The notes: generated by a model not told the origin, from the sequence alone. 64,000 bases of DNA from Octopus sinensis (GCF_006345805.1 NC_042998.1:43896001-43960000), one strand, 5' to 3'. Positions 10,988 through 24,344 are shown, counted from the stretch's first letter. Translations and numbers: made by a program.

Positions 10988-11446
10988 AGGCGGTGAACTG
11001 GCAAGAACGTTAGCACTCCGTGCGAAATGCTTAGCAGTATTTTGTCTGTCTTTACGTTCTGAGTTCAAATTCCGCCGATGTCGTCTTTGCCGTCCATCCT
11101 ATTGGGGGTCAATAAATTTAGTACCTATTTATTTATTACCCACAAGGGGCTAAACACAGAGGGGACAAACAAGGACAGACATAGGTATTAAGTCGATTAC
11201 ATCGACCCCAGTACGTAACTGGTACTTAATTTATCGACCCCGAAAGGATGAAAGGCAAAGTCGACCTCGGCGGAATTTGAACTCACAACGTAACGCAGAC
11301 GAAATACCGCTAAGCATTTCGTCCGGCGTGCTAACGTTTCTGCCAGCTCGCCGCCCTATTAGTACCAGTTGCGTACTGGGGTCGATCTAATCGACTGCCC
11401 CTCTCCGCCAAAATTTCTTGCCTTGTCCTAGAGTAGAAAAGAATAT
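10988..11446 (+). mobile_element. SINE family 1 host copy split by a nested SINE
   Basis: Head 10988-11125 continues seamlessly at 11359-11446. Confidence 0.85.
11126..11358 (-). mobile_element. SINE family 1, long-tail subfamily, nested, 8-bp TSD
   Basis: Full head ggcggcgagctggcagaaacgttagc; tail gtcccctctgtgtttagccccttgtggg; TTAGTACC at 11118-11125 and 11359-11366. Confidence 0.9.
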
Positions 11447-12030
11447 CAGAAAATTTATACGTAGTATTATTGCAGGTGAAACCAAATTAAACGTTAATTT
11501 ATTTGTTTCCAACTTTACCACGTAAAGAAATAAAGAAATAGATAAATTGTTAGATGGGCTCCCCCTCAAACTCTACTGTTTGGTTCCACTCGTCTTATTA
11601 CCATGTGTGCCAAGACTGCAACAAGTCTTCGGCAATCACCCACGCAACGCATGCGCATTCCTTTACTTTTACAGTTACCGTTATCGAGCCTTAGCTTATA
11701 ATATATATATTAGCAAACATATTTTTTTCGAAACATTGTAAATGACCTTTCTGCAGAAGAAATAATGGATTGTGGAATACGAGATGCATTTATTTATAAA
11801 TGTGTGTGTGTACATATGCCTATATTTTTGTACGCGTACTTACGTGTATGTTTGTACACATGTGCACGTATATGTATATATGTATACATATGTGTGTACA
11901 TAGGTGCGTGTTTGTATGCATGTGTGAATGCAAATATCTATGTATGTGTGTGCGTGTATGGGTAAATATATATATATAAATGTATGCATGTATAAATATA
12001 TATATACTTATATATATATATATATACATA

Positions 12031-12092
<62 letters not shown>

Positions 12093-12604
12093 ATATATAC
12101 ACGCACTTAGATACACGCGCGCATGCACACACACACATATATGACCTATAACAGTCAAAGGCAACTATACTAAGCTCAAATGAAGCTAAAATATATTCAC
12201 ATTGCTTTACTTAGCATGACCTTAAAGACAAATCATCACAACGGGGATTCTACTAAAAGTCTTCACTTTTTTATTTTATTTTTTCGTGATATTATGAAGA
12301 TAAGAGATAGATTCCTTTGTTGAAGCAGCTAAATTTATCGTTCGCTTGGCATACCGTCCATGAATATGGTTTTGCCTTCTATTTGGTATTACCGCTGTAT
12401 AAACATCTGCAAAAGAAGTGGATCGATATTTGTTTAAACAAATAATAATCTACATTATGATGGTTAAGGTCATATCGTCGTCGTCGTCGACATTATCAGA
12501 ATCATCAGTTCATCATCATTATCAAACGTCGCCGTTATCGTCGTCATTATAATCATCATAATTGGATTTCGTAAAACTTGGTTAATTCTGTTATGTCACT
12601 TACC

Positions 12605-14000
12605 TGTGGGTTTCCGTCCTCAGAGGGTTGGGTGAAAATAGTGTTGTTGCTCTTGACATCAGCAAAGTATACAATCATATGTTTTCAGATGTAAAACAAC
12701 CTATCTGTCAACGCAATCCACTTCTTGTCTCTTAGATATGTATCATCTTGACATACCACACCAATTTGTCGTGTCCTAAATGGGGCTCTCTCTGTTGTTG
12801 AAACCTATACCTCAGGTATAGTTCAAAGTGGATCGATATTTGTTTAAACAAATGATAATTTACATTTTTTTGCCAATCTTCCTCTCATATATTGATGGTT
12901 TACATATTGCTTCTTCTGCTTGTTTGTTTGTTTGTTGAGCGAAGCGGTCTTCTGAGAAGTCCGAAATGTGGACCTTTGCTATTCGTAAGACCCGCAGAAG
13001 AGAAAGCAGGTCATCCCCCGACACCGAAAGCATCGACGGATGGATGAATGCGCATCAAGGCTCAGCGGTTGCGTAGGAAGTCGGGGACAAGTAACAGGAA
13101 GAAAGAGTGAGAGAAAATTGGAGCCTCGTAGAGCTTTAGGAGTTTTCGCTCAATAAACACACACAACGCCCGGTCTGGGAATCGAAACCGCGAGTCCGCT
13201 GCCCTAACCACTGGGCCATTGCGCCTCCACGCTTCTTCTGCCGAAGCTTACTTCTATACTAATATTAACAAATTTCATTCGTCCTCATTGTTCCTAAACC
13301 GTGTCTAGACACCTCATACCAAACCTGCTGAGATAATTGGGAAACATCGTCCAATGGTGTCTAACCAAGCTTGTCTTTCTACAGCTCAAAGACATAATCG
13401 ATATTATTATCAAGAAAACATTATCGCACTTAACATAAATATCTCGCAACTGGAACGGTCAAGTTCTAGGTTTGCAGATGTCTCGTGGTGTTTACGCATC
13501 TTTACACTAAACAATACTGTATTACAAAGACTAGCTTTGCTCTTCAGAGTCAGAATATACTTCGTCTGCCTACAAAGCTCAGGTGTGATCCACGATACTG
13601 TATTGCTCTTATTGTTTTGACTGTAATGCTGCTATACACACTGACATCCTACACCATATCGACACTATGTCCACTAGATTGATTGGTTATGAAGCAGCTC
13701 ACAATCACAATTTAACTTCCAACACATATACATGCTGTCTCCTCTCTCAGCCTTTTCTATCGTGACTCAAAGCTTTGCTGACACACACCATTCTTCTCTC
13801 CTCATCCACTATGGTTTATCTGCCACAGAGACCGCACTAATCACTCCGTTCTGTTCTTTTGAACGTCGTTTCCCTGAAGAGTGTTTTCTTACTGCCATTG
13901 TCTTGCAATTGCTGAAGGTGAAAATTCACTGAGGCAATCTCACCAATCTTGAAGGATTTATTGTAGCCAAGAGCACACCTGCTTTCTCCATATTAAATCA
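12605..14000 (+). mobile_element. Degenerate CR1/Jockey-group (Daphne/Crack-like) LINE, interrupted by a SINE
   Basis: WVSVLRGLGENSVVALDISKVYNH (RT motif), SGIVQSGS, YKAQV, and a C-terminal RRFPEECF (WNSLPxxVF-like) remnant. Confidence 0.7.
12920..13230 (-). mobile_element. tRNA-derived SINE, family 2, with a distinct tail ending (AAAC)n, 11-bp TSD
   Basis: Head gtggaggcgcaatggcccagtggttagggcag; GCTTCTTCTGC at 12909-12919 and 13231-13241. Confidence 0.9.
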
Positions 14001-16094
14001 ATGAATAAAATATCACCCTGACAGTGATGATTCTATAAGAAACAACCAAAAGCAATGTATGTATTGCAAGGAAATTGTTACCTTCTAAGCCAATTGCCAA
14101 CACATGGAACCGAATCGAATCTGCAAATCTAATTCATCTGCTTCACTGACGAGATCTAGAACTGAAATATTCTAAATCCATTACTTTTTCCTGTCAACAA
14201 ACATCGTATTTCCCTTCTTCAGTATGACAATTAAATTTCCTCTTAAATTAATTATTTATCTCTTGAAATTATATTCATTAAAAAATTGCTATGAACCGCT
14301 GTAAGATTTTTTACCTTCTTTCTCCAGTTCAGTGGAAATATCAACTTTCTGAAAATTGTATGTGTACGTTATTCAGTACAAGGAGGTCTCCCAATTTTTA
14401 AAAATTAATGTTATTGTCCAGCTATAGTTATTTCTCGTAGTTCACGTTATCTTATATAATTTTTTTGTGGTCAAAATTCTTATTGGGAATTAATCAAGGT
14501 TATGCTGTACTCGTGTGGTCTTATTTATCTTCATTAATGTAACATTGATTAACTCAGTCTTATTAGACCGAAACATAATTGTACTTTTTATCTTGCCTGC
14601 CCACAAAGATCAGTTTTTCTCTACGCATGAGCATCTTAAATTTTCAGTGTGAGCTGCTAACAATTGCCACGAAATATTTTTTCCCTTTCTTTGACCAAAC
14701 GAAACATTTTAATTTATTGCGTAACTTATTCTGCTGGTTCGTCGACCACTCCATGTCATGGTAAACTGAAAGAGAATAAAAGACCCTCTAAAAAGTGTTG
14801 TTCCAGTTAGAGTAACATGTACGAAATTGAATGTGATTGGCACATCTATGAAGCATTGAGATTCATCGTACGTGAATCTGTACAGCTCAAATGAACCAAA
14901 AGACAGAGTAAGGTAGTATCTGTAAAGATGTTGTTATACTTTCTAGACAAATTAATTATGTCTGATTGACTGAATAACCGCTTAACGAACCGTCTTATTC
15001 ATTATAGAATCGATTTCTTCTTGGCTGGAAGAATGATCTTCAAAGATAATTTTTATTAATATATTGTTATTTATTAAACAATCCAATTGGAAAATTAGAC
15101 TTATTAAATAGATTGACTTCGAAGAATAATGGTTGTCGCTAAAAGTAATGTTTGAAGTAGTTATCTGTCATTGGTGAATGACAGTTCATCTGAATGAATG
15201 ATAATGCTACAGGAAAGTTATAGACAAAGGAAAACAGTCTCTTACCGTTCTGATAAAATAACTTAAACTCATCCTACATATTGATTACTAATTTTTGACA
15301 AGTGAGCGTAAACAGAATCAAAGATCTAAGTCCCGCTTTTTGCCACTGGCGAAATGAAAAGTCAGATAGTCAATAGATTGCATTTAAAAAATCTTACGTA
15401 GCCGGTGGAAATAAGACCGATGTAATATTGAAATTTATGACGTCAGCGGTATAAAATCTATGCGTAATGTGAAATTCCATTTGAGAAACTCGAATGTAAA
15501 TGCCTTACATCGTTTCCCCGATGCTGTTTTCACCTTTCTTCTCGAACAGATAAACACAGATTTTGCACACATTTGTGCATTGCTTTGCTTTTAAAATATT
15601 GCCTAGGAGAACATTTTCAATTTTGCCAGCAGAAAGAAATAACAACATTAGTGCACAAACAATAGATTAAATCCATCATAAATTATCCCAATCTTGCCTG
15701 GGGCCGAAATGTCTCCACAACGAACCCAAATAATCGATAACGATTTTAGCATACTTCACATCATATCGAGCTGCATACAGCCCACACCCACATGCATATT
15801 ACGCAACGAAACAAGGTGATTTAAGAAGTAATTTTTACTGGGATACGAGCGGAGTGTAATTTATTACATTAGCATGGTCCAGCCTTGACATACCGCGATA
15901 CTATACGCACAATCAACTCCAAACAAAAACAAGCATGGACGATAACTCCGACCATTGGCACAATATCAGTATAGAATATATTCCTTTCTCCCAGTATAAG
16001 TTAACATACACGTCCACTAAAAAATAACTAATATGAGTAGCTTATTAATCCTAAACATCTTTACGAATAACTGCTGGGATGAGAACATTTAAAA

Positions 16095-16985
16095 TCGTTT
16101 CTGACATAGGTACAAGTCCTGAAATTTGTAGGGAGGCGTTATTTGATTAACTCGACTCCAATACCTGACTGTTATTATATTTTACTGACTCCAGAGAGCT
16201 CAAAGGCAAGGTTGATGTCAGCGGGATTTGAAATTAGATAGTGAACGGCCGAAAGAAATACTACAAGACATTTTTCAATTCCATCGGCTTCAGTACTCCT
16301 AATAATTGATTGTAAATTAGGCGCATTATCCACCGAAAGGATAAAAGGTGAAGTTGACCTCGGCTGCATTTGATCTCAGGCGGACGAAATCCTGCAAAGA
16401 ATTGTGTCCAGGGTGTCAACAATTCTGCAAGTTCCTCGCTTTAGTCCCCCTATGTTATAAGGGTTTCTAAGACGTAAGTTCAGCGATTTTAAGGGGAGAG
16501 GTTTAGTCGATATCATCGACTGATGCATTATTTTATTGACTTCGGAGAGATGAAAGGTAAAATTGGCCTCGGCTGGTTTTGAACTCAGAAGTTAATGAGC
16601 CGGAAGAAATATCACTAAGTATTTTGTTCCGTGTTCTTTTAAGCAAGTGACCAATCCACCGGCTTCAACAACCCAATCTAATTTAGGTATAAGCCAACAG
16701 TTTGAGTAGACTGTGTATTCGATGCCTTCGACACAAGTATTTAGCACATACCCTATTTTGTGTCTGACGCTTCGGTCATTCTACCAGCTCACCGCTAGTT
16801 CACAAGGCCATCAGTTTGCAAGGGAGGGGTTAGTTAGTATCACCATTCTCAACATTTTTATTGATACTTTCTGTTATCAACCTCGAATGAATAAAAGACA
16901 GGAATGATCCTGGAGGGAACTGAATCAGAAAAATCAGAAAAATACCGCAAATTCCGACACTCTAACGATTCTGCCAGTTTGCTTC
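16095..16985 (-). mobile_element. Cluster of several diverged family 1 SINE copies
   Basis: Recurrent ttgacctcggc...atttgaactcag and tail ccaaattt motifs at ~16095-16440, 16475-16640, 16815-16985. Confidence 0.65.
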
Positions 16986-18769
16986 TATGAACACTCCTAA
17001 CAAAAAATACAACTTAGTAACAATCGTGTTCTGAGGGAATCCACATCACAGGGCTTTGCGACGCGTACCATTGCAATATGTAAAAGACTTAATTGAATTA
17101 GTGGGCAAATCCTCGTTCAATCAGATTTGGTTGTCATAAAAGAAAGAAAAAACTTTAAAATATGTAGTCCTTAGTTTATTTAGCTGGTCACTCGATCACA
17201 TCATGCTACAGTAAGTATACAGAAGCACTGCAAGAAATTATTGCTTTAGTTTGCAGTGACATAGAACAGTGGACAAGATTGGTCTACATGTGAAGCGGGA
17301 AGGTCACCCAATACTAAATCTGTAACACCTTTCATAATACAGCTGCTCTAACAAGGAGAACAAGCAAGTAGAATTAATCAATACAGACTATTGTGCGCAC
17401 GCACACGGTGAGAATTGGGGAAGGAAAATAAGAGAGGGAAAGAGAGAAGTAAAAGGAGCAATTAAATTCTGTATCCATTACCTTAAAATAGAATATGGAC
17501 ATTTTACAAAATTGCAATTTTAATTAAAATTTCATTATTAAAAATAAACAAATTCGCTCAGAAAGTAAGAGAATATATAACCTTACAGAAGCAAAATGAT
17601 TGAAATAATAATGATTCTCTTTTAATGCCCGTTCATTGTATGAAACCAAATTAAAGGGAAACACTATTTATTCTGGTAACTGTTTGTACAGGGTACATTC
17701 ATACTGGAAAAATTAACACATTAATTAACTTTCCTCTATGAAATATCTTAACTCATTTCACACTACACATCATTTCCATTTCTGAATTCTCCAATTATTT
17801 GTCGATAAAATTTCATATTTGCAAACGTATTTTAAAAGCATATTATTTTGGATATCATCATATTAATAAATTGTCTTCATTTTAACCAAAACAAGATTTT
17901 TTTTCTCCAAAACAATTTAATATCACCAAAGAAATTTTCCATATCGTTCACGTACAGAAGGAATGGATTGTGAAGCATAATAAATAAAAACTAACACTCG
18001 CGACTGTTTGACTATTAAAAAGAATTGACAGTTTTGTTTTAAGAATTCATTGATTCACCAAATAATACATCAAGTACCGGTATCTTATCGTCTCTCAGTG
18101 ATTCACTCCTTGCAGTAGTAATGGGCAGCATTAAGACAGCTGTGACCAAGCAAATTTCAGTTATCATCTTTTGGGGAGGGTGTCTAGGTTTATATTATCA
18201 AATATGTGCTTCCCCTCCTTTAAAACGATGGAGTATGATTTGGTCGGTATCTTTAGCAAGTCGAACGCTTTTTAGAATCCAGTCTATTGTTACAAGTAGG
18301 GTCTCACGCATAGTTTGGTTGTAAAATTTCGATCATCGAAGTATATTTAAGTAGTAGACTCCCTCTGCCGATTCTTAAAATCTAGAAAGAAAAATATTTA
18401 AAAAAACGACAGTAATGCATATAAAGGAAATAAATAAATCAGTCGATCACAATTTCTGACCATATAGAGAGTACATATGGAGATGAATCTGTTTTATTTG
18501 AAACCAAATGGTGAAGGGAACGGATATATTCAAGTTATATGAGAGCTTCTCGATGAAGGATATTCTACACAGCAAAGCTAAGAACAAGTAGTTTATTGAA
18601 GGTGTATAGTCACATTGATTATGAGTATGATAAATATGGCTTAGGGAAAATACCTCAAGTGTAAATTGAACACAAATGCGACACAGTCTCTCTCTCTCTC
18701 ACAGACACCCCCAATCCCTCCCCAGACACTCATATATATATATATGTATATATATGTATAATAATAATA

Positions 18770-19060
18770 ATATGAGGGAATATTATTCCAAACTTATATT
18801 TATATAAGTCACTATATTTATATTGAAGTGATTTTACTACTACTACTAATATTTTTACTATGATTATTTCTTAAATATAGCCACGAGACACGTGTCGTTA
18901 TTCAACCAAATATATACGCTTTATTTATTATTTTGCACATTACTTAATCATCGTTATATGTTTTATCTTAAATTTACTCTTTCTATAATATGTAATTTCT
19001 AGATGGTATGATTTAATTTTTCATTATTGAATTGATGAAAGGTGTTTTTCCTAATTTACC
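18770..19060 (+). mobile_element. Probable Penelope-like pseudo-LTR relic between (TA)n tracts
   Basis: cGAGACACGTGTC (GAAACACGTGTC-like hammerhead 3' half) near 18885-18896; (TA)n on both sides. Confidence 0.35.
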
Positions 19061-19065
19061 CCCCC

Positions 19066-19106
<41 letters not shown>

Positions 19107-20439
19107 ATGAAGTTAAAGAACTTTGGTCACCTGAGATTATCTAAGCATTAAGTAGACAGATTTTCCTCAAGGAATGTTTTTTAAAAATCTATAAAGAACA
19201 TTAATGAAAGTAAAAATGGAAAGTCCAATACGAATAATTGATCAAGATTCTCTCTACAAAAGTATTCATAGTACATTATAGTTTCCATCAGTTCTAGGAG
19301 TTCTATGTTCGAACTAGTTGAGCCGACATCAACGAATTTGTATTTCTAAGCTGTCAATGAAACTATAGACTACTGCTGTCCTAACGCCTGCCAATCTATT
19401 CATCTTCGTTCACCGACCAATGGCTAAATCTCCGATAAATTGTAAGGTTCTTTGTGATCTTTTTGATTTATCTTGAACGTGGCTTTTTCATGAAAGAAAT
19501 TTATAATTTCGAGATCTGTTGTACACAAACCAGATAACACGACATACTATTGAATATTTCAATATATTGAACGATTGTATCACAACAGAGGTAGTTATTT
19601 GATGCGTGACAAAGCATTTGCCTTAAGGAATTGGTTGTTGCACATATCGTGCAGTATCATAAAATGAAAACCAGTAAGATGAACCAAAACACATTATCAA
19701 GTGATAAGTAACAGATATAATATAAAAAAGATGCAACAAATATTTCATTATAACACCATTGTGAATAGTGTGACTGAAGTATGTATAACATGAACATAGG
19801 GAGTTGGAACCATGATCCTAAGATCGTGTGTTCGATTCTTGTATTGTGCCTTGTGTCCTTCGGCAAACTACTTTTGTTCACTGTTCCTCTATCTACTCCT
19901 GAGTACCAGCCGAGTGATGATGCATCCATCTCTTCCTCCTGTTTACATTCTGAATGTTCTGCTAGATAAACAGTTGAAGGGTCAAGGCAATGTCTTTGGT
20001 TACTCGTGACTATGTAGTCGCCTAACATAATTAGCGAAAGCACGGTACATGCTACGAAGTCATACTCATTTGCGAGTAGTATTTATGCGTGTTTTTTAGA
20101 AGCGCGTTATCTAAATCCAAGAACACAACAGTTCCAACATACATACGGTATTCCTTCTATAACGATGAGAATATATTTATTCCTTATGTTACGGAATTGT
20201 TACATTAAGATGCTCCGAGTAAGTTGATATGTTTTCGTCCGGTAAAAATAACTACATAAACAGAAATACATTATTCTAATTATTATAATCTTCAGTCGTT
20301 GGATTATTGCATGCTGAGGCCCCGCCTTGAAGTGCTCTTATTCTATCGGTTTCTTTCCTGTCGAACCGCTTTTGTTACAAACTATATGTGTGTTTGTGTC
20401 AAGGACCATGTCACAAATGCACATATGCTCACGCACACA

Positions 20440-20600
20440 AACATACATAAATACCGAGTTTCTATGCAGTTTCCATCTACCACATTCATTCACAAGAAAT
20501 TTTTTGGCCTGGGGCTATATTAGAAGATTCATATTCAAGTTGCTCTGCACTGAGATTGAACCCGAATACACGTGGTTGCGAAGTAAACTTCTAGAGCACA
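20440..20600 (-). mobile_element. tRNA-derived SINE, family 3 (CORE-like), diverged
   Basis: Reverse complement of the head/core seen at 50325-50745. Confidence 0.55.
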
Positions 20601-20654
20601 TAACCTTGTCTAGATAGTTTTCAATATTCTACAAAGTAACGGCAGCGATCTCGT

Positions 20655-20850
20655 AGAATTATTAGCACAAAGCGTAAAATGCTTAACGGTATATTTTCCG
20701 GCTTTACGTTGAGGCCCTTTTATCCTTCTGGAGCCGATAAAAGAAGTCCATTTGAGCACTGGGGTGAGGTGTAATCGGCTTACTCTTCCCTCCAAAATTG
20801 CTAACCTTGCGCCCAAATAACTGGCTTTGTGCCAAAATTAGAAAAAATAT
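20655..20850 (+). mobile_element. SINE family 1, diverged
   Basis: aaatgcttaacggtat...gagcactggggtgaggtgtaatcggc...gtgccaaaattagaaa. Confidence 0.6.
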
Positions 20851-21224
20851 ATTCCATAAAGCAATAATAAATTCTTTATAAAATTAAGTATTCTTTTCTT
20901 CTTTCCTAATGCCTGCAAGATGGTGCTAAAAGATAAATACTGAACAAATCACATTTCTAGTCTTGTATATAAATAATTAAATTATATACTGTATGGTCTG
21001 TTATTTAATTTTCTTCGTACACTAATTGTTAAATGTTTACTTGTAGGTTATTTGTTTCTGGTGTGTAAACATAGATTGATAGAGCATACATGGTACTGGC
21101 GGTCTTTAAACTAAATATAAAGCAGCTAAATACAATTTGTGATTTTTCGACTGTCACACTTCGCTATTTTTCTTCAGTTTATAAGTGCAAGGTTATTTTA
21201 GTGTAAAATTATAAATATGTCATT

Positions 21225-21600
21225 ATAGAGTACGAGCAAAACGCCCCCGTCCAATGGACGGTGCTGAGTTGTCAAAAAGTTAACCAAATTTTCTCAAAAC
21301 AACTTGTCCGACCGTCCCATAGGCCCCACCGTTGAGAAACTGATTTAACCTAAATTTGAGACACCAGCAAAAGAAGAAATAAAGATAGATTTTTTTCTAT
21401 TCCAAGAAAAACGATTTTACAAATGCACGTTCCCACGGCTTTATCGATCGCATTCTCACCTGGAATCGATTTTTGTAATTTTCTCAAGACTTATACACGC
21501 CCTGATACCGTCGGTATCTACATATCAAATTTGAGCGCAATCGGATGGAGGATGTCCGAGGTCCTAGAAGACACACAAGGGACCTATAAACATGATTATG
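21225..21600 (+). mobile_element. Helentron/DINE-like non-autonomous element (tentative)
   Basis: Subterminal hairpin ccgtcc-aat-ggacgg and an atcaaatttgagcgcaatcggatg motif like DINE-type cores. Confidence 0.35.
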
Positions 21601-21935
21601 AAATCCGCTGTCCTCACCACCATAACTAACTAACATATGAACGTCTTAACTAAATCTCTTCTGTTGCTTAAAATGCTAGACCTTTCAAATTTGTTATGTT
21701 TTTAAAAAAATAGACACACTAGAGGATGTGATCCTGAAAAATTAGCGGAGAAAAAGGCAAGATGGTCACGGCTGGAACGTTTTCGATGATAACCTTATTC
21801 ATAAGGGCTACCATGGTGCTAAACGACAACATCCATGACTAAAATGTATAGATGGAAAGTGTAAGAGGAAACAAGACTGAGATGACGAACAGAACAAGAA
21901 CAGAGAGGGAGAGAGAGAGAAAGAGAGAGAGAGAG

Positions 21936-21977
<42 letters not shown>

Positions 21978-22391
21978 AGGATAGACAGGAGAGAAATAAA
22001 GAGAACGAAAACGATTAGAAAAGGTAAGAGAAACGAAAGAAAAGCTTGTGTAAGACACGAATAAAACGAGCTACGTGTGAAATATCACATGGTCATTTAC
22101 AGCCTACTTACATCGTGACCACTGAAGCGCACACGTTGCTGCTGAGCCCCAAGTCAGTCTTGCTTAGTATGAAACGCTTCTGGCGACATTTTCAATATTT
22201 TTCAGTGTTTGTCTGTTATGTTTTCCATTTTCCTTTCTGTCTGTATGAAGGCACTGGCGTGGCTGTGTGGTAAGAATTTTGTTTTCCAATCATATAGTTC
22301 TGGATTAAGTAATACTGCGTGGTACGATGTGCAAGTATCTTTAAATATATCCCCGAGCTGACCTAAGCCTTGTGAGTATATTTGATACACA

Positions 22392-22401
<10 letters not shown>

Positions 22402-22422
<21 letters not shown>

Positions 22423-22730
22423 GAGGCGCAATAGCCCAGTGGTTAGGGCAGCGGACTCGCGGTCGTAGGATCGCGGTTTCGATTCCCACACCGGGCGTTG
22501 TGAGTGTTTATTGAACGGAGACATCTAAAGCTCTACGAGGCTCCGGCAGGGGTGGTGGCGATCCCTGCTGTACTCTTTCGCCACAACTTTCTCTCACTCT
22601 TTCTTCAGTTGGCCTGCTTGCTTAGCCAGCGGAATGGCGTCATTTGAAGGCTGAAATAATGCGAAGCGCATTGTGACCAGCGATGTTTTGCAATATCTGA
22701 TAGCCTGGTCGGTCACGGTGATCACGTTGA
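22402..22730 (+). mobile_element. tRNA-derived SINE, family 2, directly after (TG)n
   Basis: GGAGGCGCAATAGCCCAGTGGTTAGGGCAGCGGACTCGCGG...GTTTCGATTCCC; tail with a gtgacc/ggtcac stem. Confidence 0.9.
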
Positions 22731-22996
22731 TATACATATATTCATATCCGTGTAACGTCGTCCGTTTTTCTGTCCTTGTTTTGTATACATTCGAAGCTTT
22801 CTTCCAAGGAATCTAATACGCTTAGTTTAGTTTTTCCTTGGGGCTGGCCAGATTGGAGCAATCTCAAGATTAATCAGCCGAAATTGTGAGGATGATCCGG
22901 TTCTTGACTGAAGATTGAAGGCTTCGAATGTCCCGTCCGTGTTTTTTGTATCGTCTTCTAAATGTTTTGCGTTCTTGTCCCAGTTTCTGTATATAT

Positions 22997-23043
<47 letters not shown>

Positions 23044-23754
23044 TCATACACGCGTATTGATACTGCTTCCGTCACAAATAATTAATTTTTAATAAGCCTG
23101 CTCTCTGAAAAGATGCTGATATTCTATATATTGTAGAAGCAAAATATGACTGGCATGCAGTAACAGGATGTGTCCCATTTATGATTTCCAGTGGAATGAA
23201 ATCTTGTGATATTGGAGTGTTCCGGCGCCCATGACAGACATTGATCGCCTTCTACGATCAGTATATGTGCATTTATGCACCAAGCACCGATATGAGAGGG
23301 TGTCTCGACGCTAATAACAAAGTATTTCGTTTTCTAACAAGACGTCCGTGTTAAGTTGGATATAAAAATATTACCTTTTGGTATTGATATTACTTCCGCC
23401 GTTAATAATTAATTTCTAATAAGCCTATTGGCTGTTTGTGATATAAGTGTCTGGATGCTGGTGTTCTATATATCGTAGCAGCGGGATTTGTTTGTATGTG
23501 GTGACCGGATACCTCCCACTGATGATTGCCAAGAGAATAAAATCACGTGATGTGGTAGTTCTGGCGCTCATATTAAACTATTCTCGTCCGCTACGATCTG
23601 TGTGTGTGCTTGTATGTACCAAGCGCTTTCATGAGATGATCTTTCAAGGCTAATAGCGCAGTATTCGGTATTAATACAACTTTTCTTGCTGATTAATCTC
23701 TCTCTGTAAAGCTGAAGTTGTCTGTGTGTGGCAGCTTTGGTAGCCTTCAACTAA

Positions 23755-24090
23755 CACTATCTCCTCCGAGACCTTGCTGCGCAAGTTGACCAACATTGAG
23801 AGTATGATAGAAGAAGGCTTGCTCTTCATTCCTCAGAAGATAAAATTCAAATCGGACCATGTTAAAACCAAAAATTATTTACATCAAAAAGGTGCTTTTT
23901 TTCTATGAAAATCCATATCTTTTACGATTTTTTGACTGTTGTGTCGCCATTTTCGGTGTATTTCAACCAGAAGAATGTTCACTTAAAGAGAATAATAAGC
24001 TACATAATACAAAATTTTTACTTTTCAAAAATTCCAATTCTAAAATAAAGGGTTGAAACAAACCCGAGCAACGCCGTGCGACACTGATAG
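23755..24090 (-). mobile_element. Helitron/Helentron-like non-autonomous element (tentative)
   Basis: Minus-strand start actatcagtgtcgcacggcgttgctcgggtttgtttc resembles Helentron-type 5' ends. Confidence 0.4.
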
Positions 24091-24104
24091 TATTTATATA
24101 TATT

Positions 24105-24330
24105 TGTGTTTGTGTGTCTGCGTGTTTATGTTTGTGCTTGTTCTTCACCACCTGTTGATAAAAGTTGCTGGTTTGTTTATGTCTCTGTAAACTAAGGATT
24201 CGGCAAAGAGACCAACAAAATAAGTACTAGGTTTAAAAATATGCGTGGGGTCGACGCGTACGACTAAAACTTGCCACAGCCGTGCCCCACTATGAGTGAC
24301 ACAAGCAAAAGGTGAGAAAAATGTGATGAC
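24105..24330 (+). mobile_element. SINE family 3, 3' part
   Basis: cggcaaagagaccaacaaaataagtactaggttt...ggggtcgac..cgactaaa. Confidence 0.6.
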
Positions 24331-24344
24331 CCACGGGATAATTA

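Noticed and set aside
12950-13090. HDV-like ribozyme in the SINE family 2 alternative tail (G-U-started P1-like stem, CGAA motif)
   Set aside because: No P2 3' strand complementary to the candidate P2 5' strand follows the CGAA; only a simple stem is supported
14579-14764. Possible small exon (ttttcag acceptor, G|GTAAAC donor)
   Set aside because: Peptide is unrecognisable and AT-rich; splice-like motifs alone are insufficient
15438-15456. TGACGTCA next to TATAAAA as a promoter
   Set aside because: Only 4 bp apart, no transcript evidence, and such motifs arise by chance in 64 kb of AT-rich DNA
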